A stretch of 64,000 bases of DNA from Flavobacteriales bacterium (lineage in GTDB: Bacteria > Bacteroidota > Bacteroidia > Flavobacteriales_D > JBKBNH01): contig JBKBNH010000002.1 of assembly GCA_046295395.1 (NCBI GenBank), positions 142,056 through 206,055 on the forward strand, in the 5' to 3' direction. Positions 19,572-27,739 of this stretch are shown here, one piece after another (positions within the stretch are counted from its first letter, which is position 1; every line of letters begins with the position of its first letter). The notes below the pieces were generated by a model, which did not search any database, was not told the origin of the DNA, and was given only the letters and a program-made list of their open reading frames with translations. The position numbers were made by a program, and so were the translations under genes.

Positions 19572-21661
19572 AAAAAACACTTTTAACACTATTGTTGCTT
19601 GGAGCCTGGACCACACAAGCCCAAGCCATAAAAATAACTCAAGCCCACGCCAAAACAAGTATTGGCGGATGGGTTTATGTGTTGGAAGACTCTGAAAACA
19701 AGCTCTCGCTAAACGATGTGTTGAATTCAAAAGATTTTGAAAAATCAAAAATAGAGGTGCCGAATTTTGGCGTAACCAATTCGGATTTTTGGATAAAATT
19801 TACCCTCACAAACAAAGGAATAGAAGAAAATATTTATCTGGAGGTGGCACAGCCGATTATGGACAAAATACACTTCTATGACCTTGAGGTAAACAACAAG
19901 CCCGTAATTGAGGGTGAAATATATCCTTTTGCTCAAAGAAAATATGGTCTGACAAATTTTGTATTCGATTTAAATCTTAAACCGGGAGCAACAAAAACTT
20001 ACTTTCTTAAAATACACAGCTCAGAGCAAATTCAGGCACCTCTTCACGTGGGAACAATGAAAGCCATTACAGACTCCAACACGCTTTCACTGGTAATTTC
20101 TTCCGCGTTTTTTGGGCTGATGCTGGTTATGGTTTTGTATAACACTTTTATTTATATAAGCACCCGAGACAATAGTTACTTATATTATGTGATTTATATT
20201 ATCATATTAATGCTTACACAGCTCACACCCAAGGGTTTTACCTATCAGTATTTTTGGCCTAGTAGTCCGTGGATGGCAAATCACAGCATGTTTTTACTTC
20301 CCGCATTAGTTGGGATTGCAGGAATTGTGTTTTTTAACAACTTTCTGGAAACCAAAAAGTTTGCTCCAAAGCTTAGAAAAATATTCTCTATATTAATTAT
20401 CACCTATGCTATTGCCATTATACTCGTCTTTTTGGGGGAGTATAAAACCGGTTACGGAATTATTGAACTATCCGCTATGGCAGTAGCCCTATCCATGCTC
20501 TTGGGCGCTATACACATCAGTAAAAAGGGAAGTCGATCGGCAAAATTCTTTTTGATTGCCTGGTCTGTTTTTCTCGTAGGAATAGTTTTGTGGGTGTTAA
20601 AAGATGTGGGGGTGCTGCCCTATAACAACTTTACTCGATACACCATGCAGTTTGGTGCGGCCATCGAAACCATTTTACTTTCCTTCGGTTTGGCCGACAG
20701 AATAAATATTTTGCGAAATGAGAAAGAATCTGCTCTTGAAAAAAACGAAAAGCTTATTAAAGAACAAAACATTTTTTTGGAACAAAAAGTAAAAGCCCGA
20801 ACAAGGCAGTTAGAAAAATCCAACTCGCAATTAAACAACGCCATAGAAACACTAAAAGAGGCGCAAGACAGTCTTGTGCAATCAGAAAAAATGGCCTCGT
20901 TAGGTCAGCTTACCGCCGGCGTGGCGCACGAAATTAACAACCCTATCAATTTTGTCTCATCTAACATCCTTCCTTTAAGAAGAGATTTAAATGATGTTGA
21001 AAACCTAATGAAAATCTACGATAGCATTACAGCCGAAAATGCCGCCGAAAAACTTGAAGAAATAAAACAGCTCAAATCAGAAATTGAATACGATTACCTG
21101 AAAGAAGAACTAAAAACTATTGTAGATGGAATTGAAGAAGGGGCAAAAAGAACCGCTTATATTGTGAAGAGTCTAAAAACCTTTTCTGCCCATGATTGGG
21201 AAGAAACTACCGCTTTTGATATTAACGATGGTATAAAAACAACCCTTACGCTACTGAATAATAGGCTTTCTAATTTTACCCTTTCCTTAGCGCTTTGCGA
21301 AACCGCCACTAGAAACTGCTATCCTGGCCAAATAAATCAGGCGCTTATGAATTTGTTTTCCAATGCCTTAGACTCTCTTGATGCGAAATGGGGCAACAAC
21401 CCTGAGGGGTCCTTATCAATAACGTCTAAAGTCGAAAACTCACAAATTATTATCGAAATAAATGATAATGGTATCGGCGTTCCGGACGAAATAAAAAATA
21501 AGATATTCGACCCGTTTTTTACAACTAAACCCGTTGGTCAAGGAACAGGACTTGGGCTTTCTATCACCTACAAAATTATCGAAACACACGAGGGAAACAT
21601 TTCTTTTGAAAGCTCTCCGGAAAAAGGCACCTCATTCACTGTATGTTTGCCTATTAAATAG
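19568..21661 (+). CDS. 7TMR-DISM sensor histidine kinase
   Basis: Signal peptide, then an extracellular DISMED2-like domain (YVLEDSENKLSLNDVL...FWIKFTLTN), seven TM helices, a coiled coil, HisKA (AGVAHEINNPINF) and HATPase (NDNGIGVP, GQGTGLGLS). ATGA overlap with the upstream gene. Confidence 0.85.
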   Translation: MKKTLLTLLLLGAWTTQAQAIKITQAHAKTSIGGWVYVLEDSENKLSLNDVLNSKDFEKSKIEVPNFGVTNSDFWIKFTLTNKGIEENIYLEVAQPIMDKIHFYDLEVNNKPVIEGEIYPFAQRKYGLTNFVFDLNLKPGATKTYFLKIHSSEQIQAPLHVGTMKAITDSNTLSLVISSAFFGLMLVMVLYNTFIYISTRDNSYLYYVIYIIILMLTQLTPKGFTYQYFWPSSPWMANHSMFLLPALVGIAGIVFFNNFLETKKFAPKLRKIFSILIITYAIAIILVFLGEYKTGYGIIELSAMAVALSMLLGAIHISKKGSRSAKFFLIAWSVFLVGIVLWVLKDVGVLPYNNFTRYTMQFGAAIETILLSFGLADRINILRNEKESALEKNEKLIKEQNIFLEQKVKARTRQLEKSNSQLNNAIETLKEAQDSLVQSEKMASLGQLTAGVAHEINNPINFVSSNILPLRRDLNDVENLMKIYDSITAENAAEKLEEIKQLKSEIEYDYLKEELKTIVDGIEEGAKRTAYIVKSLKTFSAHDWEETTAFDINDGIKTTLTLLNNRLSNFTLSLALCETATRNCYPGQINQALMNLFSNALDSLDAKWGNNPEGSLSITSKVENSQIIIEINDNGIGVPDEIKNKIFDPFFTTKPVGQGTGLGLSITYKIIETHEGNISFESSPEKGTSFTVCLPIK

Positions 21662-21664
21662 CCC

Positions 21665-23041
21665 ATGAAAAAAAAGAAAATAAACATTCTGTATGTTGAT
21701 GACGAGCGCATAAACCTGCTGGCGCTAAAATCTACCTTCAGAAATGAGTTTACTGTTTTTACAGCAACAGACACAAACGAAGCAACAAAAATTCTTACAA
21801 ATGAACCTATTCATGTAGTTTTTGCCGACCAAAGAATGCCCATAAAAACCGGGGTTGAGTTTTTTGAGGAGATAAAAAACATTTTTCCGCTCCCTATCAG
21901 GGTCTTAATAACAGCATACAGCGACATGCAAAGTGTTATAGACGGTATAAACAAGGGGCATGTGTATAAATACCTTAAAAAACCGTGGGATGTAAACGAA
22001 ATTAGGCTCGTTGTTAAAGAGGCTCATGAGGTGTACAGTCTTCGCCGACAAAACATCTCCCTAATTAAAAAATATAAAGAACTATTTAATCAATCTTATG
22101 AACCTATTCTTTTGGTTAATACCGAAGGGAAAATCTCTGAATGCAACCGAGCCGCCGAAGACCTTTTTGGCAAACAGATAACGCCCATTAACGGCAGGCC
22201 GATTAACGAAATTCTAATCGAATCGCCCAACAATTTTATAAACCTGATTGTTGACCCCGGAGAGAATAAAGAAACAATATGCCGACTTAACTTAACTGGG
22301 GCAGAAGAAATTCCTTTTTTAGCTACAATAAGCGAAATAATCCTGACAGAAGCAGAATATTACATTCAAGTTAAACTGCAGGACATTTCCCAAAGGGAGA
22401 ATTTCAAAAAAAAAATGCTCAAGGCTATATACGAAGCACAAGACTCTGAAAGGCAAAGAATTTCGGCAGAACTACACGACAGTCTGGGCCAAGTTATAGC
22501 ATTCACCAAGCTAAAAATCGACACCATTCTACTCTCTCAGGATAACTTAGGCGTAGTTAAGCCCGAATTAAATCAAATTATCGGTGTACTCGAATCATCT
22601 TTAGCTGAGTTGAACTCTATTTGCAACAAAACATTTCCTATTATTCTTTCAGAGGCCGGTTTAATTCCATCGTTAGAGGAACTTTCGCTTATGTATCAAA
22701 GCGATTTATTTTACATGGAAATTAATTCTCCGGACGAGTATAAAATACTTGATAAAAATATTGCGTTTAGCTTATACCGAATTATTCAAGAATTTACCAA
22801 TAACGCCATAATACATGGCCAAGCAACATGCGTTAGGATAAACTTCGAAAAAATCGCTGACACACAAAAAATTATCCTACACAATAACGGAAAACCATTT
22901 AATACGGAAAAAATAAAAAGCTATTCGAGTAGAGGATTAAAAAACATCTTGTCCAGAGCTGCTTCAATCAACGCCGAATTGAGTTTTATCAGCAGCGCAA
23001 AAGAAGGAACAACACTTACAATAGCCGTACCCTTGGCTTAA
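21665..23041 (+). CDS. Hybrid REC-PAS-HisKA_3 histidine kinase (NarX/DegS-type kinase core)
   Basis: N-terminal receiver (ILYVDDE, FADQRMP, YKYLKKPWD), a PAS-like middle, HisKA_3 H-box (ISAELHDSLGQ), and a HATPase C-terminus (NNAIIHG...GLKNILSRA). It starts 3 nt after the preceding kinase. Confidence 0.8.
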   Translation: MKKKKINILYVDDERINLLALKSTFRNEFTVFTATDTNEATKILTNEPIHVVFADQRMPIKTGVEFFEEIKNIFPLPIRVLITAYSDMQSVIDGINKGHVYKYLKKPWDVNEIRLVVKEAHEVYSLRRQNISLIKKYKELFNQSYEPILLVNTEGKISECNRAAEDLFGKQITPINGRPINEILIESPNNFINLIVDPGENKETICRLNLTGAEEIPFLATISEIILTEAEYYIQVKLQDISQRENFKKKMLKAIYEAQDSERQRISAELHDSLGQVIAFTKLKIDTILLSQDNLGVVKPELNQIIGVLESSLAELNSICNKTFPIILSEAGLIPSLEELSLMYQSDLFYMEINSPDEYKILDKNIAFSLYRIIQEFTNNAIIHGQATCVRINFEKIADTQKIILHNNGKPFNTEKIKSYSSRGLKNILSRAASINAELSFISSAKEGTTLTIAVPLA

Positions 23042-23327
23042 TCAATCCTCTTTTCTGTAAATTATAATAGGGTCGACTAATCGATTCGAAAAAACATCGC
23101 CTTCAACAATCATTTTGTTAACCCTGAAGGCATTAATCGGATTTTTATCTCTCAGAAATGTACTGTCAATAAAGCAATACACAACGTTTGGCAAATAGGC
23201 GCAGGCAGGGATTTTCACCACTGAACTTCATACGAAGAACTGGACTTTCAACAATCCATTTCCCTGTCCTACGAAGCACGAAAACCCTGCTTGAGCTTAT
23301 TTGTTGTTGTGTACAGTGCTTCTTTTT

Positions 23328-24095
23328 TCATCGTCCAAGTTTGAGGTACGTCCCGAAGTAGAACCCTGAAAAGTCGAGATTGATTGGATATTGTCCAAGC
23401 ACCTCCCAATCTCTTCCAAGTCTGTCTTTTACTGTTTTTGTTCTAAAATATTGATAACCAAAACGTATTCCTAATGTTGTAAATAAAGGAGATTTTGTAA
23501 AATCGTATTCCGCTTTTAAGCCTACCTGACCTTGAAAATCTCTGCTTGAAAAATATTCGTAAAAAGAACCTATTGGAAAAGTTTCATAACGAATATCAGC
23601 GATAGCTTTAGAAAATCCAACTCCTCCATTTAATTCTATTCCTAAATGAAATCTGTTTAGGGTGTTTTCCTTGTCTTGAAACTTAAGCAAATGACTCACA
23701 TACCAAGTAGTGTTAATACCAACTGAAATGGCTTCTGTGCGTAATTCAAAGCTGCCTCTGTGTTCTTGTATTGGCCAACCAAATTCATCTGTTTCAGTCA
23801 ATAATGGACGAGATTTTGAATTTCCATATTGATAGTTACCATACAAACCAAAGTCAAATAAGCCAATTGGTTTGTAGTTGATGCCTAATCGGAATTGTTG
23901 ACCTGATTTAATATGTTCTTGCAATACATTGACGTGAGGTTTCAATGCAAAAGAATCAATATAAAATTCATTGAGTTTCCCCATACAATAGCTGTTTATT
24001 CCGTAACCAAATTCAAATGAAAGACGGTTTTGGTTGTCTTGTGCGCTTATTGTTCCACACAAAAGCGAGAGAGAGATTATGATTATATTTTTCAT
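23328..24095 (-). CDS. Putative outer-membrane beta-barrel protein
   Basis: 255 aa with a signal peptide and an alternating aromatic/hydrophilic beta-strand pattern throughout (FEFGYGI, FGLYGNYQYG, LGIRFGYQYF, FYFGTYLKLGR). No named family recognised. Confidence 0.4.
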   Translation of the reverse strand: MKNIIIISLSLLCGTISAQDNQNRLSFEFGYGINSYCMGKLNEFYIDSFALKPHVNVLQEHIKSGQQFRLGINYKPIGLFDFGLYGNYQYGNSKSRPLLTETDEFGWPIQEHRGSFELRTEAISVGINTTWYVSHLLKFQDKENTLNRFHLGIELNGGVGFSKAIADIRYETFPIGSFYEYFSSRDFQGQVGLKAEYDFTKSPLFTTLGIRFGYQYFRTKTVKDRLGRDWEVLGQYPINLDFSGFYFGTYLKLGR

Positions 24096-24096
24096 T

Positions 24097-25137
24097 TTAG
24101 TCTAAATCAATTTTTGTTTCTTTTAAAGTGCCTAAGTCAATTAAATAAATACTTGATTTTTCAATTATTTTACCAGTAGGTTGTCCATCTGTGTTTAATT
24201 CTAAACGGCTGTCAATTCGTTCTCCAATTAAAAATTTGCCATCGGCAGAACAAGAAATTGTTTCGTATCGTTTGCTGTTACAAAATGGAATTAAAAGTGT
24301 TAGTTGCCCATTACTGGTATTTAACTTATATAAACCATTGTTGTAAAATGAAATATATGCTTCAAAATTATTATTACTAAAGGAAATACCGGATAAACCA
24401 GCATATTGCGTATTATCAACATTCAAAACTTTTGAAAATGTAAGAGGTGATGAATTTAGGTTTGACATACCAATATAAGGCTTGTTTTCGATTAGTGTTG
24501 CAGACAACAATAAATCATTGTTCGAAACATCATTGTATGTAGAAACTCCTCCGTGTGCATCACCGTCTCTCAAAATCGTATCATTTTCGATTCCATAGAG
24601 TGATTTTTTTAAGAAAAAATAGGGGACGCCTAAAACTGGAGAATGTGCCCAATACAAATTTTCTCCGCTTGAATCCCAAACAGGGTCGTGATTTGCAGTT
24701 GTTGTAGTAAATTGTTTCAAACTGTCGCCATTTTCTTTAACTATAAAAATGTGGTCAACATATCCTGATTGAGAATTAATTCGTGTGAAAGCTATCCAAC
24801 CTCCTGTATTCCATTTGGGTTGCCCCCATATTTTATGATTGTTACTTTGATACAATATAGTTTTCTGCTTTGTGCTAATGTTATATTTAACAAGTTGGAA
24901 ACTATTTTGCGAATAATCTTGAAAGTGAAACACAAATTCATTTTGATTGTTTGGGTTGAAGCAAGGTTGCTTAAACATAAATGTTTCAGAAACAAAATAA
25001 GATTGTAGTAGCATGGGGAATGTGTGACATTCTGAATCTTCTCCCAAATGAATGGGAGGTGTCTTGTCTTTACGACAAGACACCAAACCCAAAATCATTA
25101 GGAGAATGAGTAAATTATATGTTCTCATTCTACTCAA
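24097..25137 (-). CDS. Lipoprotein, TolB/PD40-like beta-propeller
   Basis: Lipobox LGLVSC. Repeated propeller-like segments are present (PKWNTGGWIAFTR, DPVWDSSGENLYWA, CSADGKFLIGE). Its stop lies 1 nt before the next gene's start. Confidence 0.45.
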   Translation of the reverse strand: MSRMRTYNLLILLMILGLVSCRKDKTPPIHLGEDSECHTFPMLLQSYFVSETFMFKQPCFNPNNQNEFVFHFQDYSQNSFQLVKYNISTKQKTILYQSNNHKIWGQPKWNTGGWIAFTRINSQSGYVDHIFIVKENGDSLKQFTTTTANHDPVWDSSGENLYWAHSPVLGVPYFFLKKSLYGIENDTILRDGDAHGGVSTYNDVSNNDLLLSATLIENKPYIGMSNLNSSPLTFSKVLNVDNTQYAGLSGISFSNNNFEAYISFYNNGLYKLNTSNGQLTLLIPFCNSKRYETISCSADGKFLIGERIDSRLELNTDGQPTGKIIEKSSIYLIDLGTLKETKIDLD

Positions 25138-25140
25138 AGT

Positions 25141-25768
25141 TTAATTTTTAATTATTCGCTTAGAAATCACAGTTTCACCCGCCTTAATGTTGCACAAATA
25201 TAAGCCATTTGGCAAATTGCCTAAATTGTGTAATGCTACAACTCTACCAGTTGCATCGAAAATTTCAAATGAAACTTCAGTTGCATCGAGTAAATTGAAA
25301 TCAATGGTGATTTGATTGTTTGTTGGATTTGGGTAGATATTAACCCCCAAATCTAACTCATTTTCATCAATTCCTGTAACAGAATTATCTTTAACGTAAA
25401 GCGAATATGCTGTTTTTAGTTGGCTAGGTGGTGCAGGAATCCATTTGTTAACTGTTTGACCAAGCATATTGGTTTTTATCCACCAAGCAAAAGTGTAAAC
25501 ACTGAATACCGCTGCATTGCCAAGCGATTGTTCCATTTGGGTGAATACAAGATAATAAAATACCCGTATTACTCCCGTTACTATGATTACTAATGTAAAC
25601 CAAATTCCCATTTGGGTCAATGGCAGAAGAAACATAGTCATAATTACTAGAATCTCTATTTGAAATAACCCAGTCTATGTTTATAAATGTTTGACTTTGT
25701 GCTTGCGCTGTTGATTTTATTGCAAGCAACGCAGTCAATACTAAGATATATTTAATTATTTTTTTCAT
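25141..25768 (-). pseudogene. Frameshifted/internally deleted T9SS type A (Por secretion tail) cargo gene
   Basis: The N-terminal piece (frame of ORF 25448-25831, real ATG at 25768) is MKKIIKYILVLTALLAIKSTAQAQ...DPNGNLVYISN...HPNGTIAWQ. The C-terminal piece, in another frame (25141-25641), ends in NIYPNPTNNQITIDF...GLYLCNIKAGETVISKRIIKN, a type A CTD. The frames switch around 25510-25530. Confidence 0.65.
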
Positions 25769-25986
25769 TGTTTTACGTTTTAAAATTACAAAAATTACTT
25801 TTCCATAAAGCAGGGTGTTTACTAAAACCATTTGTAAGTAAAAAAACGCCCGAAGTTGTACTATGGAAAATACTAACTTTCGGGCATTTTAAGCGGAAAC
25901 ACAGGGATGGACAAATTTCTTTATTTTGATTTTAATCGCTCGCAAGGAAAACCCTAATTTTTACTATGTTTTCCCTATATTGAAAT

Positions 25987-26000
25987 TAGGGAATTCCCTA
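25987..26000. promoter_or_regulatory. Perfect 14-bp palindrome TAGGGAATTCCCTA, candidate operator upstream of the NarL-type regulator
   Basis: It lies 97 nt upstream of the ATG at 26097. Further CCCTA/TAGGG half-sites are nearby: CCCTAATTT at 25952-25960 pairs with AAATTAGGG at 25983-25991. Confidence 0.4.
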
Positions 26001-26096
26001 GCCGTTGTGCAATATTCTGCAGCCATGTTCAACATTTAACACAAGTGGTGGTTGGTGTAATTTTTAATACATTTGTATTCATTCAAAGTTGTGTTA

Positions 26097-26744
26097 ATGA
26101 AAATAGGTATTGCAGATGATCATCCTTTGTACAGAAAAGGTTTAATCGATTTCTTAAAATCTAGCCTTAACCCGAGTGTTTTGTTCGAAGTTGACCGTTT
26201 AAATCTAGTTCTAAAGAATGTTTCAGTGCACAAGCCCGATGTTTTACTTCTAGACTTAAGCATGCCCGGAGATCCTTCTGTTTTTAAAATCATCGAACGA
26301 TTAAAAAAAGATTTTACGTTGATGAAAATAGTTGTGCTAACACTAAAAGAAGATGGAGAAACAGTGAGAAAGTGCTTTCAGAGTGGTGTAGACTCTTTTG
26401 TTTGCAAAAGCTCCTCCTCCAAAGAAATAGTAAAGGCAATAACCACTGTGACTAATGGTAAAAAATACATTTGTAGCAAAATTACTAGTGATGTTGTTTC
26501 TACATTCAGTGATTATTTTGAAGAGCGAGCCGGCGAAATGAAATTAACAGAAGTTGAAAAAACCCTAATTACACTGGTTTGTGAGGAAAAAACCAATAAA
26601 GAGATTGCCGACGAACTCCAATTAAGTTCTAAAAGTATAGAGTTTAAAAAGCGGCTTTTGTTTAAAAAAATCGGTTGCAAAACTACCGTGGGACTTGTTA
26701 AATACGCTGTAACAAACAATCTGTTAAAAGCTAACCTTTCCTAA
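26097..26744 (+). CDS. NarL/FixJ (LuxR-type HTH) response regulator
   Basis: REC domain (KIGIADDHPLY, LLLDLSMPG) plus a C-terminal LuxR HTH (LTEVEKTLITLVCEEKTNKEIADELQLSSKSIEFKKRLLFKKIG). The ATG at 26097 is preferred over the upstream TTG at 26073. Confidence 0.85.
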   Translation: MKIGIADDHPLYRKGLIDFLKSSLNPSVLFEVDRLNLVLKNVSVHKPDVLLLDLSMPGDPSVFKIIERLKKDFTLMKIVVLTLKEDGETVRKCFQSGVDSFVCKSSSSKEIVKAITTVTNGKKYICSKITSDVVSTFSDYFEERAGEMKLTEVEKTLITLVCEEKTNKEIADELQLSSKSIEFKKRLLFKKIGCKTTVGLVKYAVTNNLLKANLS

Positions 26745-27687
26745 ACCTCAACAAGTGCCCTAAGGGAATATTTTTACCCGATTTTGAATGCAGATGAAGC
26801 TCTCCGGATTCGCAGTTAGTTGTGTTTATATAATCGCGCAAGCAATTTTCCATAACCAAGGCCGACAATCCGGCAGAGTAGGTGTTGATAACAAAAAAAT
26901 GCTCTTTGCTGTCGAGTAGGGCGGCGGCTGTTTGCAGAAGTTCATTCAACTTATCCTCCAGCTTCCATTTTTCGGCATTTTTCCCCAAACCAAAACTTGG
27001 AGGATCCATGATAATTCCATTGTATTTTTTTCTGCGCTTTACTTCTTTTTGGGCAAAACTAAGCGCATCTTCCACTACCCAACGAATATCTTCGAGTTTA
27101 CTGAGTTGGCGGTTTTCGTTTGCCCAACTGACAACTTGTTTTATAGAATCAACATGATAGACCTCTGCTCCTGCCGCCTTCGCCGCCAAAGAAGATGCCC
27201 CGGTATAAGCAAAAAGATTTAATATTTTAGGTTGGGATGATTTCATTCTTTTCACCGAGTCGTAAATAAAATTCCAGTTAACCTGCTGTTCGGGAAACAA
27301 CCCAATGTGTTTGAAGCGGGTTAGCTCCAATTTAAAATTTAATTGCAATTTGGGATAAGCAATGTGCCATAGGCGGGGTGCTTTTTTAAGCTCTATCCAC
27401 CGCCCATCTTTTGCTCCCGAAGCATCAAAAAAGAAATGCGCCTGCTTTTTCCACACTAAAAGCGGCTGTTCGGGTTGCCATATAGCCTGCTGCTCTGGTC
27501 TTATAAGTATAATTTCTCCAAAACGCTCAAGTTTTAATCTATTTCCCGAATCTATAAGCTCGTAATCGGACCAGGGGTTTGCTAAAAATATTTGCACTTG
27601 CTTGGTTTTCTGTTGTTGTCTATCTTGCCAAAGGTATATAAATATTATGTTGTGGGCTTTAATCGCCCGGATAAGCTGTTTATCCAT
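26731..27687 (-). CDS. Class I SAM-dependent (rRNA-type, RlmI/PF10672-like) methyltransferase
   Basis: SAM motif ILNLFAYTGASSLAAKAAGAEVYHVDS, catalytic IIMDPPSFG, and an N-terminal YELIDSGNRLKLERFG motif. An in-frame GTG at 27597 is a possible alternative start. Confidence 0.7.
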   Translation of the reverse strand: MDKQLIRAIKAHNIIFIYLWQDRQQQKTKQVQIFLANPWSDYELIDSGNRLKLERFGEIILIRPEQQAIWQPEQPLLVWKKQAHFFFDASGAKDGRWIELKKAPRLWHIAYPKLQLNFKLELTRFKHIGLFPEQQVNWNFIYDSVKRMKSSQPKILNLFAYTGASSLAAKAAGAEVYHVDSIKQVVSWANENRQLSKLEDIRWVVEDALSFAQKEVKRRKKYNGIIMDPPSFGLGKNAEKWKLEDKLNELLQTAAALLDSKEHFFVINTYSAGLSALVMENCLRDYINTTNCESGELHLHSKSGKNIPLGHLLRFRKG

Positions 27688-27696
27688 TGTATTACT

Positions 27697-27704
27697 TACT
27701 TTTG
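27697..27704 (+). promoter_or_regulatory. Bacteroidetes-type -7 promoter box (TAnnTTTG) for gltX
   Basis: TACTTTTG lies 36 nt upstream of the ATG at 27740. Confidence 0.45.
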
Positions 27705-27739
27705 CCGCTTTAACACGTACAATATTTTAGAAAAGAAAC

